Positions 24,826 through 37,395 of a stretch of DNA of 37,448 nucleotides are shown piece after piece (positions within the stretch are counted from its first letter, which is position 1; every line of letters begins with the position of its first letter). The notes under the pieces were generated by a model that did not search any database, was not told where the DNA came from, and was given only the letters and a program-made list of their open reading frames with translations. The position numbers and the translations under genes were made by a program. The stretch comes from Phoronis australis (taxonomy: Eukaryota; Animalia; Phoronida), in assembly GCA_002633005.1 (NCBI GenBank), contig NMRA01000251.1, positions 539,100 to 576,547 of the forward strand, read 5' to 3'.

Positions 24826-25943
24826 CTGAAAAGAACATTAAGTTACCAATACAAATTTTGTATTTAGCCGTATGTCCTAAGACACAGTGAGATGAAGGAG
24901 AGTATCTACAGATTTTCCAAATTTTATGTATGATTATGCATAATTATCAAATCTGTTTGTATTTTGACTGTACTCAGCGGTATATACTGTAAAACTGCAT
25001 GCGAAATAGTTTACTGGGAACATTCCCGGATACAGGTCTATTTGCCATTATTTGTGAACTTACTATATGTCTGTTGATGTAACCGGCGAAGTTAACTCGG
25101 GAATAAAAAGTTATTATTATTCTATGTTGTGGCGTCTTAGTGTTTGCAATCAGCCACCAATAAGAGACTGCGTTTTTTGGGAGTTGGCTTGATAATGTTT
25201 CCGATTGAATCGAAGAATTATGGCTATATCCCTTCAATTTTCGGATCCTCAAGGGATGCACGCATCCAGGGAGGGCTCGAGGGCTCAAACGAGCCCACCA
25301 TTTGGCGAAGTGGGTAAAAAGGTCCACCTCAGAGAAACAAAAAGTCCGAGAAAACGAGACAAAAGTCCACTAAAAAGGCGCAAACGCACAGTTGCACAGT
25401 TCACACACCTGAAGGTGGTACCCCGTTTTTTATTTAGTCCTCCCGCTTTTTTGTTAGCAAAAGGTCCACTTTGTCAGAGATTCGAGCCCACCCCCCCATA
25501 TTAAAAGCTGGGTGCGCGCATGCAGTGGTCGTCAACAATATTCGGCCCACCACCTTTCCGTAGCAGATAATTTTCCCGTTCGCGATACCTTAAAGTGGCG
25601 TCCGGAGCACGTTTCACCTTCTTCCCCAAAAGCATCTGCCAGTGGTTTATTTTAGTAGATAGTTAAATGAAACCTCCATGAAATGGACCCCCATCTTTTG
25701 ACACGTTTTCAACGAACTAAAAAGTTTTTTTAAAAGGCCGGAGATAGTTGTTGAATGACCTTTGTAAGTAATGTGTCGTGCTACACCGGTCAACGGACCT
25801 AAACTACCCGTTACACCACTAATGTCCCCTGGCTACAGACAATAGTGATAGGCATATTGAAGTAGTATTTGGTCATTGTGTCACAGAGAGAAGTGACATG
25901 GTTTGCTCCGGCAGCCGTACAGGAGGACCGTGGTGATACTTAC

Positions 25944-26078
25944 CCACGGCGAGGTGAACAGCGGCGGCATTTTTGTTGACAGTGAGCGCCCACACCTGGA
26001 GATTATGAACAGCCTTGACTCCCTTTATGGACTGCATGTCTTTCTTAATGCTGGGGAGGTCGATATTTGGTGGCACGG
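25944..26078 (-). CDS. SLC30A2: ZnT2/3/8-like zinc transporter, penultimate exon (135 nt, cytosolic dimerisation domain)
   Basis: ttctcccag acceptor and G|GTAAGT donor. (A)VPPNIDLPSIKKDMQSIKGVKAVHNLQVWALTVNKNAAAVHLAV matches the CDF motif GV-x-x-VH-x-LH-x-W-x-LT. Confidence 0.9.
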
Positions 26079-28199
26079 CTGGGAGAAACGAAGGTTAGCG
26101 TCAAATAATACGAGTAACGTTTTTTGAGCGAAACAAACAAAATATGTTAAGTTTCAGACGTGTATAACAGATATCAGGAAGGCATAATTCTGCTGGCGTC
26201 AATTTTCATCGGTGTTTGGTACACTGCATATTACTGGTTTTCTTGAACCAATAATTTTTGCTGTATAAAACACTGAAATGAACTGGAAATTTTTTTGTTT
26301 TCAAACCAGTTTGATTTGAAAACAACAATAGGCTTACATTTCGTAACATGGTCTGAGCGTGGTAATATTGGTATGCCACTTGCTACAGACAGGTCTGCGT
26401 ACTTAGCCAAATATCAACCAAACCGTAGATTTTAACTCTGTAAACCTTTATATTTTCTCAAAGTAGAAAGACTGTAGAATTTGAATTTGTAACTTTCATC
26501 AATTTATACTTAAATTGGGTCACGTGACCATGCTTAGTAAGATTTAGAAAAAAAGAAATGTGGATACCAAAACAACGGTATCAATAACATGATTAAATTT
26601 TATTTCGGAAAAATTTTGAAAGTGAAATCTCAAGTTACAGTTTTTAAAATATTTCGCTTTTGTTTCATGCAATTTAAATTTTTTTGTGAAAACCATAAAA
26701 GTCCTATTTTTATAGTCCCTCATGCAAAATGAAAAAAAAAAATCCATAGAACATTGTATCTGAAAGTGTCATATGAATCTAATCGGCCGTTTCTGATACA
26801 TAATGTTCCGAAAGTAGTCAAGTTTGTAATGTTTCTTTGTCACCCACAAAAAATAAATTGAGAAAGGTGCCTGAGACTGTGCGACATGATTGCAAGTCTC
26901 TGCGAGTTACTCAAGGAATTTGGAATCTGTTATTAACGTTTCGACACCTTTTGAAGACTCCCTCGCGAATGCTGCTCGCAGTTTGTGGCTGCGCAGTGAG
27001 ACGTCGCTTTCCTCGCGAGACCGTGCTCTACAGAATGCAGCCCTTGATATTGCATGTCCCGCTGCATCTTACAGCCTGAAAATTTTAAGTGCTCAAAAAT
27101 GCTGATGCGGCACACCTGAGTGGCCCTGTCACTATTCAGTGTTTCCTTTTCCCACTGAAATTACTAAGCAAAACCTTGTTAAGCCAAATATGTTACAAAC
27201 CTTTTCCAACATACCAGGACACAAAATGTCCTTATACTCAAACTAATCGTTTAGATAACTGGCAGGTAAAGAGGGTACCAAAATAGCATCGTTATTGAAA
27301 CTTTCCACGATTGGACCGATTTATGTCAATCCCACGTGACTGACCTGTCAATTCATGTAAAGGTAAAACCTTATCGTGGCATGGAAATTTTCGACACCCG
27401 TAAATTAGAGTTAACAAACTTTTAAAAAGTCCGACTTAGACTTAGGTAGGGATGCCCTTTTAACGACTACTGTGACATCATATATATGTTTGTCTAATGG
27501 ATACGGACATGCAAACATACCAATCTGGGCAGGGGGCCACAGAGGAGGCTTACAAAAGCGTTTCTGTGACAACTTTAGATATTTTTTCATATCACAACAA
27601 ACCATTGTCTTATAAAAGTAAAAAGTTTGTTTAAACTTGTACATTTTCATAAATTTGATTTTAAAATGTGGCTAATTCAGTAAATTGGCCACGAATTAGA
27701 ACCTGAAAGCAGTGAGGTTGCATCCAGTCACAAGAACAGGCACAGGATTTCACATTAAAATGCAAATTTTAAGGTAAATTTATGAATTTAGGAGTGTCAC
27801 TTGATGGTGAAAATGGATACACCATTGCACACTTTTGAATACTGTTATTGAGATTGTAAACAGAAATGAATTATCAAACTGACAACGTCGCAACTTGATT
27901 TGATTCCACATAGGTCAAACTGGGAAGCACTTGTTTTTAAAAAAAAAATCAATTTACCTCCTTTATTACGAACATTTTAAAAGTTGCGTTACTTAGCAAA
28001 CTGGGAGCATTTTTTCTTTAAAACAAAATTAAATAAACCCCGAAATTTCAAGAGAAAAGTCAGTCAAAACAGAAACTGACAATATTTGTGGTTTTGACCA
28101 TCCAAAAGAACCTCCTCAGATTTTAGAATGTTTGGATTTAATGCAATATTGATTTGAACTTTTTTAAAAGAAAAAGTATTTTTAAATAAATTGATTGCA

Positions 28200-28760
28200 T
28201 TGTCAACACCAAATAAAAACAGAGCTCGTCTCTTAATCTCCAGCCTCTTAATTTTCCTCGACCTCCAACTCCTTCTCAGACGACGCTCTTATTTACGTAA
28301 ATGACCTCCACAAATCCACTTCTCTCTCGACCCTTATGTATCCTGATGATACCTGTCTTATACACACACCTTCCTCTACAAAACCAATAAACAATAAAAC
28401 TGAAGTCGGCCAGACATATTCAATCAACAAACTGTCGTTAAATGCCACCATGTGTCACGTCCCTAAGAAAACAATGAGTTGAAACATACGTCAAATTTTT
28501 TTGCTAAGCTTACTAAAAGCTGTTAAAACCTAAACATTGCTAAAACACCTTTTGAGGACTCCTTATCCTGGTATGAACATAGAAATATGGTAGAAAAAAA
28601 TTGCACAAACTTGTGGTGTACTCAATAAACACAAGACGATTTACTACTCCTTGTTCTAAACTCACTTAATTTTTGGCATCACAACATTATCTGGCCATGC
28701 AAAATTGTCAGCAGATTACAATTCCTTCAGAACGAGCTTTAATGACCCATGGAACGTGAA
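28200..28760 (+). mobile_element. Decayed CR1/L2-like LINE reverse transcriptase remnant
   Basis: In-frame LIYVNDL...MYPDDTCL (28288-28359) corresponds to the RT YADD region; downstream D-x-LSW-x-x-H and IAQTCGVLNK are RT-thumb-like. Boundaries approximate. Confidence 0.75.
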
Positions 28761-29147
28761 AACAGATTCAGTTGCCTTATTCAAAGTCTGTGGTTACCAG
28801 TCACTGAAACAGAATTCGACCTGTTCGCAAGGTATTTTTACGATTTGTAAAATTTTGAATTTCTGTTGATGTCAATTCATTTTTCTTTTTGTTTCAAATT
28901 TCAAAAAAAACGATCTCTTACCTGCTCGTTACTTCATCGACATTTCTCCCACAAGTCAAAACATTTCACGTTATTTGGGATGGCAAGACATAGAGGTTGC
29001 ACATTTCCCTTACGTGGAAAATGTTACCTTTGACCTTTTAATATAAATAATACAATGGCGTCTTCCAACAGCATACAATCAGATTTAGAGGCAATTGATG
29101 TGAGTCTTAAATATTTAAAATTACTTATAAATTGGTGTCGTAGTATT

Positions 29148-29150
<3 letters not shown>

Positions 29151-29203
<53 letters not shown>
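29151..29203. repeat. (AT)n microsatellite
   Basis: Visible in sequence. Confidence 0.97.
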
Positions 29204-29204
<1 letters not shown>

Positions 29205-29589
29205 AATCGCTAGCTTCACTGGCTTGCCTCATACTGTGCTGTCGACCTCAGATTCGGAGTGCAATCACACAAGTCATGAGAATATGCCTTTAATATCCAT
29301 ATCGTCAGATGTTTATCGAATGACTGTGAGTGCATGTGCGCATTTATCATTGGTGGCATTGAGATAAGAAACTCTGTGTTGAGACATTTTCTGGAAATTC
29401 CAAAGAATAAATCACAAAAGCATAATTTTTGAAATACGCGCGAAACAAAAATCTGTAGCCACCGCAGAGTTTCCAATCTCCTTCCCACTTAAATAAATGT
29501 GAGCATGCGCTCACAGTCATTCGACAAAAACGACAGATTGTCATTATCTCCAATGCGATTATTTGTATTATAAAGGCCTTTCACCCAAA

Positions 29590-31697
29590 TTACAATAAAC
29601 AAAAAAAATTAAACAGGCACATTTCACACGCAATCAACCCATTTAAGAGTTGTTCTCGTCTTTTAAGGGAACAAAATACACATATTTAACAACAGATATA
29701 TCTGGATCAGCTAGCAGGCGTATACAGGTTGGATGCTTCCATTGAACTTCCAACATAAAACATGACCTAAGTTCACAATATCCCTTGCAAATCAACAGGA
29801 AGTGGTATTCATCCCCTACAAGGCCATCATTGCAAATCAAACATAATCTATTATAATATTCCACTTTCTCGTGTCTACCCACTTCCATATGCAGTCTACG
29901 GTTGGAGCAACGTAACCAAGTAAACGCTTGAATAAGACTAACTTAAGATATGGTTCAAAACAGTGCAGTCTTAAAGTTACAGTAGTATTTAACTCTTTGC
30001 GCGATGATCTGGGACTTCGATAAATTCGTTCAGATACGTGATAAACAATAGTGGGTTGATCATTTCTGGTGCCGACAGAACAGACAAAAAAGTCGGTTAA
30101 CCCTTCTCGGGTCCTTATGCATGAACGTAATTTGCTGTACATCAGTGGATTTCAGAACTTGAAGTACGTTACCATGGACACCATTTTTTGTAATCTATAC
30201 CAGAATAGCATGTGGGGAACTCTGTCAAACGCCTTCGAAAAGTCGACAAAAGCACAATAAAAACGACCCGTAATATCTTTTTGGCACATGGCCTGAAGCG
30301 TAAACATTTGGTCCTGAGTGCAATAGCCCTAGCGGAATCCCGCCTGTGATTCACGAAGTTCATCATGTGCCTCAGCCCAGGTACTAAGCCGGTTGTTCAA
30401 AAGTTTGGTGAATAGCATTCCTACTGCTGACGACAATGAGATACCTCCATAATTGTTCTCATCTTCAGTGTTACCCTGTTCAAACAATTATTGCGTCAAA
30501 CCAGCCCTGTGCATGGGCGGCGCAGCACTGAAAAAAGTGGGGCCCCCCTGTGATGCACCGCCTATAGAATATGTGCGGCGTAGCGCTGAAAAAAAGTAGC
30601 CCTCAGCCCCCTATGGTGCGCCACCCATGCTGTGGGTAGTGACCTTTAGCGAGAATTCCACTGAAAAACAGTTACAATACATTAACAATAGCTACCCTCG
30701 TACTGCTCAACATCTCAAACACAACATGATCAATGCCGGCTGCTTTGCCGTTTGCTAGATCCATTATAGTGCAATCAATTTCCTCACCTGAGAAACAAGT
30801 GTTCATATCACTGGGTAGATTTTGTCTCAAGCATCACAATAATTGTCATGATTTTCTTGTCGTCTTAGGACCGCATTTGACATAGTGTCGCTCGGTTCCA
30901 TCCGTTCATTGAGCAACAAATTAAAATACATGTACCAACATTCTGGAGTTATCAAAGTTTCCTTCGGACTACTATTAAAATTTGATTTTACCAGAGCCCA
31001 GAATTGCTTTGGATTATTTCTACTATCCAAAATATTTTCTAGCAACTTCGATTGATGCTCTTTTTCTTTTGCTTTGTATAACATGCGAAATTGTTTCTTA
31101 TTTTCTTTGTATACTGCCAATTTTCCAGGGGAAATATTCAAAGAGTGATTTTTTTAGTTTTTTGCAGTTTGTAATTCTTTGTCCCTCCCAGGGGGGTTGT
31201 TTGCTCTGCCGTTTACAAAAAAAATTATCTTTAAGCATTGCCATCGATGTAGCATTTTGTTTATAAATATTTGTGACACCATCTGTTGCACTTTCTATGT
31301 CGCTTCCAGCAATTTGTTCAACTATTCGGTCTAGACTTTCTGATAGGCAATTTGAGAACAATTCACGGAATTCTGCTACACGGCCACTATCCCACTTCAG
31401 GCGAATGTGCGATTGCGATGTTGATTGGCTAACGCTACAACGACTGTCATACACACAATTACCTGCATTATTACAAACAATAGGGAAATGATCAGACTCG
31501 TGAACTGTGCGATTAAAATCTGAAATATGTTGAAATAGACTCGTTGATACGATCAAATAGTCTGCAGTGCTACAACCACCAACTCTGGCTCCTACCGTTA
31601 AGAATATACATGTTTAAGTCACAACACATCTCAACATAATTTACAGTTTCATCCTTAGACTGCCTGGGCGAACAAAATGTGTCACTATCGTACCAAT
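29590..31697 (-). mobile_element. Degenerate, internally deleted LINE ORF2 (APE endonuclease-RT-zinc knuckle; CR1/L2 group)
   Basis: Ordered frameshifted motifs: ILNGR and DY...SDHFPI (endonuclease), NPKQFW, AGID, NYGGISL, AFVDFSKAFD, and a C-terminal EVGR...RLCLICN...DEYHFLLIC. Confidence 0.9.
30512..30629. mobile_element. Dimeric MITE, 5-bp TSD (CTGTG), inserted in the LINE
   Basis: TIRs catgggcggcgca and tgcgccacccatg; TSD at 30507-30511 and 30630-30634. Confidence 0.85.
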
Positions 31698-31935
31698 CTT
31701 TTTTAAAAATGGCGTGTTTCCAAAAGAATGGACAAAATCCATTATAGTACCGATATTTAAGGGCGGTGCCAAAATTCCTGAAAATTTCAGGGGAATATCC
31801 CTCATGCAAGTTACAGCCAAAATATTCGAAAAAATATTGTGCCAGCGACTTCAAAAATGGTCGGAAAGAGAAAAGGTAATTAGTATGTCTCAAGCTGCGT
31901 TTAGGAAAGGACACAGTACGGTGAGTAGTATAGTA
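31698..31935 (+). mobile_element. Second LINE fragment, RT N-terminal region
   Basis: FPKEWTKSIIVPIFKGG..PENFRGISL...KIFEKIL..RL...SQAAFRKGHST is the canonical non-LTR RT domain 0-2. Confidence 0.9.
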
Positions 31936-31967
31936 AGTCATTTAGCACGCCTGTTTTGAGGCTCCTC

Positions 31968-32177
31968 GGTCAAAGGTCAAAGGTCACCAAGGTCAAGGTC
32001 ATCAATGTCACCAAGGTCAAGGTCATCGGTGTGAAAGGTCAAAGGTCACCAAGCTCAAGGTCATCAATGTGAAAGGTCAAAGGTCATCAATGTGAAAGGT
32101 TAAAGGTCATCAATGTGAAAGGTCAAGGTCATCTGTGTGAAAGGTCAAGGTCATCTATGTGAAAGGTCAAAGGTCAC
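31968..32177. repeat. AAGGTCA-rich tandem array
   Basis: Irregular ~21-22-bp units of tgtgaaaggtca(a)aggtcatc. Confidence 0.9.
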
Positions 32178-32320
32178 GTGTAATAACGGCAATCGGAAGG
32201 GACACCATCCGCCTACCGGACGGATGTGTCAATGACGTCACGCCTCATGACGTAATAGGTTTAATTNATTTACTATTTATAAATGCCGGCAAATGGTTTA
32301 ATTGCGTTAATATAAGAAGC

Positions 32321-32321
<1 letters not shown>

Positions 32322-32386
<65 letters not shown>

Positions 32387-32495
32387 CACACACACATAAG
32401 TAAATGCATACATACATACGTACATACACACATACATGCCTACATGCACACATAATCTCTTCCTCAGTGATACATGCATGCACACACACATACAT
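32322..32495. repeat. (CA)n/(CGCA)n/(CATA)n compound microsatellite
   Basis: Visible in sequence. Confidence 0.95.
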
Positions 32496-33155
32496 ATCCG
32501 CTTTTCGTCCAAGAAGCAAACTTTTCATTTAGACCACTTATGGGTGTTAGACTAGTTCCTTACTCAGATGTGAATTGATTTTTGGGGTTGCAAACTTGAA
32601 GACTTTACACTTCATTTCTTGAGATCGTGCTTGGCGCATAAAACGCCACTCCGTGACAAGTCAACTTGTAGAGCCTGAAAACTGACTTACGACTTAAGTC
32701 AGAATTTTAGTCTTACGCTCTTCGAAACTATTTCGGAAAAACTATTAAAAGAGCAGTTTCTGAGAACATGTAAATGACTGAAAATTATTCCTAGACTGTG
32801 TCGAGCGCATAAATACTTGGCTAAACTTTTTTCAACAAGTGTGAAGTGGGGGAGAGTAAAATTATATTTCTGTCTTTCAACTTTCAACATTAAACAGACC
32901 CCCAGTATCAAGCAATGACAAACTGTCAGTTCTTTCAAAGTCCAGGGAAATCAATTTGACTAAGACATTTTAGACGGCCTGGATCAAAAGTTGGTCATTG
33001 TGATGGAAGGCGTGCTTATTGACGAAAGTGTGGTATTTGGCCTAGCCAATGGAAAGCCTCGTTACTAGACATGCGCTGTCACACCCAAGATATTCGACTT
33101 ACCAAGTAGTTTGAGGGCATCTCTGGACGATTACAGCTAGTGTAAAGTTCATTGT

Positions 33156-33424
33156 CACGCGTGCACCCAGCCTCAGTAAAATGGGGGCTTGGAGTTTTGA
33201 GAATGTGGTCTTTTTTACTAAGATCCTTGGGGTACGTTCAGAGCTATGAATTTTGCATTCACCGAATTTTGGTAGTTTCTGCCTTTTTAAGGGAATTTTG
33301 TCTCGTTTTTTCTACAGTAACTTTTTTCGGAGTTTTTGCTTCTCTGAGCTGACCTTTTTGTCCACTTCGCCAAATGGGGGGTCTCGTTCGAGCCACTCGA
33401 GCCCCACCCCTGGGTTCGCGCATG
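33156..33424. mobile_element. MITE, same family as 21055-21322, near-perfect 5-bp TSD (ATTGT/ATTGC)
   Basis: Termini cacgcgtgcacccag and ctgggttcgcgcatg; shares the internal ccacttcgccaaatgg. Confidence 0.7.
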
Positions 33425-34151
33425 ATTGCAATATCTGTTAACTGATTAGCAGCCACGAATTTTTGTCAATCATGAGCATCACTTGTTGATTGAAAAGATG
33501 TCGAAATTTCTGCCGTACTTCACCACCTTCGATATAGGTTAGTTGAACTGTAGCCACGGACAAATTACTCCGCAGTTAATTTGCACGGGTTAATTTGCAC
33601 CGTGTGGTCAATTTGCACTCTCTTGAAGTTAAATTCTTACGGTATGCGACCTTTGGCTGCAGTTTGTTTTGAGGTATGCGTTGCAAGTTTTGCAGGCATA
33701 TTATGTTGGCTTTAGACAATACTGAGCCCCCGATATTTAACATGCTCGAGTTTTTCTGTACCTCGATCATCACTTACGTCACTCACTACTTACCGTATAT
33801 ATGGTTACGAGTCATCGGCAGAATCAGCGCCTGTGGCATAATGAAGCAGAATTAATCTTTTAATTTACCTGGAGCTGGCTAAAACCGTGTTACGCGATGG
33901 AAACATGCTGGAGGCTAGGACTTGGAACCATGGTCAGCTGCATCTCATTCTTATGTTGGAATTATTGCTTCCGAACAAAAAAATCTTGATTTTGCATTTC
34001 TTACAAAATAAGTGTGGAATCACTCGAGCTTTGATGAGGTCGCGCATTATTTACGCATGTCATTATTGTACGCGTTGTCAGGTCACGTGAAGTTCATCAG
34101 ATTTTGTGTTATGCTCAGTCAGACATAGACATTCCAACTGAGGTGAAAACG

Positions 34152-34477
34152 ATGACACTCACACATTGGTCATCTGTTTTGACTCTGATCTACTGCGTAA
34201 CACTTTGCGACTACGTAGTTGGTTTATCTGTTAGTCCTGGTGTCAAGAACGGGGTAAAAATGGCGAGGGTTGGACAGAGCACATCTATCACTTGTAGAGC
34301 AAACGACTCAGAAACCGAACTTCGATGGCAATACCAAAGTTACAGAAACCTCTGGATAAATGTAACGGCACAAAATGCCCTCGGGATAACGCTTCAGGAC
34401 TCTGGTAATATTCCGGGTGGACAACGGCTCATAATGAAATTTCCCAGCTTCAAACGAGAGGCTGTTAGGTCTTACAA
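34152..34477 (+). CDS. First coding exon of a secreted or membrane immunoglobulin-superfamily protein
   Basis: Hydrophobic signal-like MTLTHWSSVLTLIYCVTLCDYVVG, then Ig landmarks GQSTSITC, LRW, L-x-M-x-F and an F-strand Y-K; AA|GTAAGT donor, phase 2. Confidence 0.72.
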
Positions 34478-34725
34478 GTAAGTGTTACCAAGGCTTTAAA
34501 TACCGAGACTTGAGCCAAAACATTGTTGGTAAAAATTCGTTCTAACATCCCAGTGAGTCTTTCAATTTGACTGGCGGCGTAACCAATCTGTCAGTACGCC
34601 TGCCAGAAACGTACACAGGGAATAAACACTAGCTTGCTCGGAGATCAACTGCAATCGAAAAATAACTGATAATAGCTTAACGTCTGATTTTGCCAAAATC
34701 GATTCGGAGCACATCGAATTTCCCA

Positions 34726-36725
34726 TAGACCCAATTCACGCGGCGGACATTAAAATCCAGAGAGGCTCACTGCGATAAACAAAGCGGAAATTTACATAGC
34801 GTGAGTTAAATGGCCAGTCTTTGAAGTCCAACCTGAATAATAAATCTTAAAAAATGTGTCAATAATTAACTACAGAGATGTAGAAAAATACAGTTAAAGA
34901 ACAAGTCAATGTACCAACGAAAGGATATAAGTTTTTTTCCGGAAAACCAGGTTCGAAACATGAAAAGTGAACATGACCAAATTGCGGCGATCGTACTGTT
35001 ACGGATTAGGTATCATGCTGAATGCAGGGCTACGTTTCTTCTACTAAATTCTTGATAAAAATGCTTTCTACACGAACCAGGTGGTCTGGTCGTATTGCTG
35101 ACGAGTTGAAGATATATTCATCAGTGGTGGCTCATAGCATTTTGCTGTCATGTGCAATTAGTCACATCTGGTTTAATTTTTTGATCAAGAGTAGGCCTAT
35201 TAGCTTCAAGCATAGCCTAGGTCCTGCTGAGGTAGGCACTACCGGGACTATAACAGTTGATTTGTTATTGATCTGAAATAATACTTGATGTTATTAAATA
35301 TAAATTTTGATTACGATAAAAAACCAGGCTCGCAATTGAAAATAAAAATTATATGACCATCAATTCTGTTTTCTTGGTTTTAATAATTACGTCTATTTCG
35401 TGTGTTATATTTTTCAAATATCAATCTCGACCAAGTTGAATTTTAAAATTAAAACACCTAATTCTTTCGTCCAAAGCATAACCTCGTCTTAGAGCTCTAT
35501 TTCAGTTAACTGGACAGAACACAGTGGCGGATTTAGAGGGGAACCAAGGGGCCCACCCCCCCTAAAATTCTCCCAGATTCCGGCCATTTGGCAGTTCAGG
35601 AGCGCGAATGTCTGACGGGCAAAATCCTGGCCAAAATACTCTACCTTGCCCTCCCCCCAAACTCAAAGTCCTTGATCCCCTGGAACAAGCATAGTTATTA
35701 TGTTTCTTCAGAGGCCTCGTTCATATCCGAGGGTAAAGGTGCCAGTGTGCGGCCTTCTGAGAGGGAACGTTTCGCCGACTGAGTGACGGGTCAGTGAAAA
35801 ATCTACTGACCTCCTAATCACCATCAATAGCACCCCGCTCTATTGCAAGCTCTCATAGCTCTGTCTCAAGTAGCATTTTAGTGGCTGATCTAGGATACCA
35901 TGAGGGGGGGCGACTTCCTCGGAGAAGCGGGCAAAGCGCGAATGTATGCACGCAGGCGGCCCGGAAGTTGCGGGCGCCGAGGATGCCGTATACCTTCTGC
36001 TCAGGAAATCTGTCGTTGGACTATAAAAAAAAGGAACGTGTTTTTCCCCCTCGTCCACTACCTGTCCTAGCTCTAACTCAGTATTTCCTCCCGCTTCACG
36101 TTTTGCTGGTTTATTTTGCTTGCGGCAGTCAAGGGGGGGGGGGGGGGCNGGCGGGCCCCTCCACCCCTAAATCCGCCTATGATTTTGTACTTTTTCAAAT
36201 TGTCACCTCTGTGGTCACAGGTGTTTTGAACCGTTGGAGAGAAATTTTCAATCACTAAGGGAATTTTTAGGCCTCGTGGGGCCGGGAATTTCGCGTGATT
36301 TTTCAATATTTTTGAGAGGGGAATAGGGCCGATATTTGGCCCCAAAATTGAGGGATTGAGGGCCCTGTCATTTTTTTTAAAGAAAAATGCATCGCGCTTC
36401 AACCCATAGTCATGAAAACACAGCCTGGCTGGCCGAAGATTCTCCGGTCCTCGTTGCTATGGAGGCAACCGAGATGCGACAAATTATGATTCGAAAACAG
36501 TTATAAATTTTACACGGACATATTTTCCTTCGTCGCGGCGAATGGCAAGGACCCAACGCTTCCGAATCCCAACGTCCTTAGGGATTGTAAAACAGACAGT
36601 TGAGTGTCCGTATTTTTTCTAGGTGTTCGAGCAACGCGTAGTACAACTACGCGAATAAGTCATCAGGGCTTACGTAGCAAGCCTCGTTTTGGAACTCGCC
36701 TCCTGTCGGCGTGAATAGGGTCTAT
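34726..36725. mobile_element. ~2-kb non-autonomous TIR element with nested hAT-like MITE pieces
   Basis: Inverted ends atagacccaattcacgc and gcgtgaatagggtctat. Internal cagtggcggatttagagggg (35522) and cccctaaatccgcctatg (~36164-36181). No clear TSD. Confidence 0.5.
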
Positions 36726-37330
36726 AGGAAGCGAGTTGTTATGCGAACTTCAGTTAGATAGTCCCACTACCTGTCGTACGTAGGTGCTGTACAGTCAACT
36801 TGAGGCAGCCCCTCTGTTCCGTCTTTTTAATACGAACGCTCTAAAGCATATCGCTCAATGGGGGTTTGTCGGTCGCAACGGAGCTGGCGAAAGCGTTCCA
36901 CCAAGTCCAATTCTCCCCGCCGCCGTGATTCCACGAAGTACAGCACTACCGTAACGCCATACAAGGGCGTGTGCGTTTACGTTGGGTTGCATCTGACTCC
37001 TTGATAACATTGGAGATATCAATTCGTCGCGTCCTCGGACACTTTAATGCTAGGAAGACGTAGTCGCTAAACTAGCCGACGGTGGAGTCACCCCATGGCC
37101 ACCACGTGGGAAATATAGTAGTAGTACAGTGGCGGATCTAGGATATCACAAGGGGGGCCCAACATTTTGTCCGGCTGTAAGCATTTGCGCAAAGTGAACC
37201 ACAATTGTAGATGCGCATTAATTTTTCTGTTTTTACCTCTAAAAATCAAGCATTTTCCTTGATTCCTGAAGTATTATCCAAGAAAAAAAGGCAAAAATAA
37301 CGCAGAACGTCAAACAGGAAAAAATGCAAG

Positions 37331-37395
37331 TATCACAGATTCGAACTTACTACCTAGCGATTAGATCGCGCTTGCATAATCACTACACCACCACG
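37331..37395 (-). mobile_element. tRNA-like SINE head or tRNA pseudogene
   Basis: A-box-like TGGTGTAGTGA and B-box GTTCGAATC at tRNA spacing; no convincing cloverleaf. Confidence 0.5.

Larger units (their letters stand above)
17462..25865. repeat. 4.2-kb tandem duplicate (~17462-21665 and 21667-25865) joined by a single N; probable haplotype/overlap artefact
   Basis: Collinear copies, offset exactly 4200 bp in the distal part; both end gcatattgaagtag. Confidence 0.92.

Noticed and set aside
25990-26010. ZnT motif reads HNLQVW instead of H-x-LH-x-W, a possible loss of zinc binding
   Set aside because: The first His, the later AVH His, the Q-x-E Glu and the terminal CxxC are all retained. To my knowledge the substituted His is not one of the core cytosolic-site ligands.
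37331-37395. Functional tRNA gene
   Set aside because: A and B boxes are present, but there is no coherent acceptor or anticodon stem and no clear terminator.
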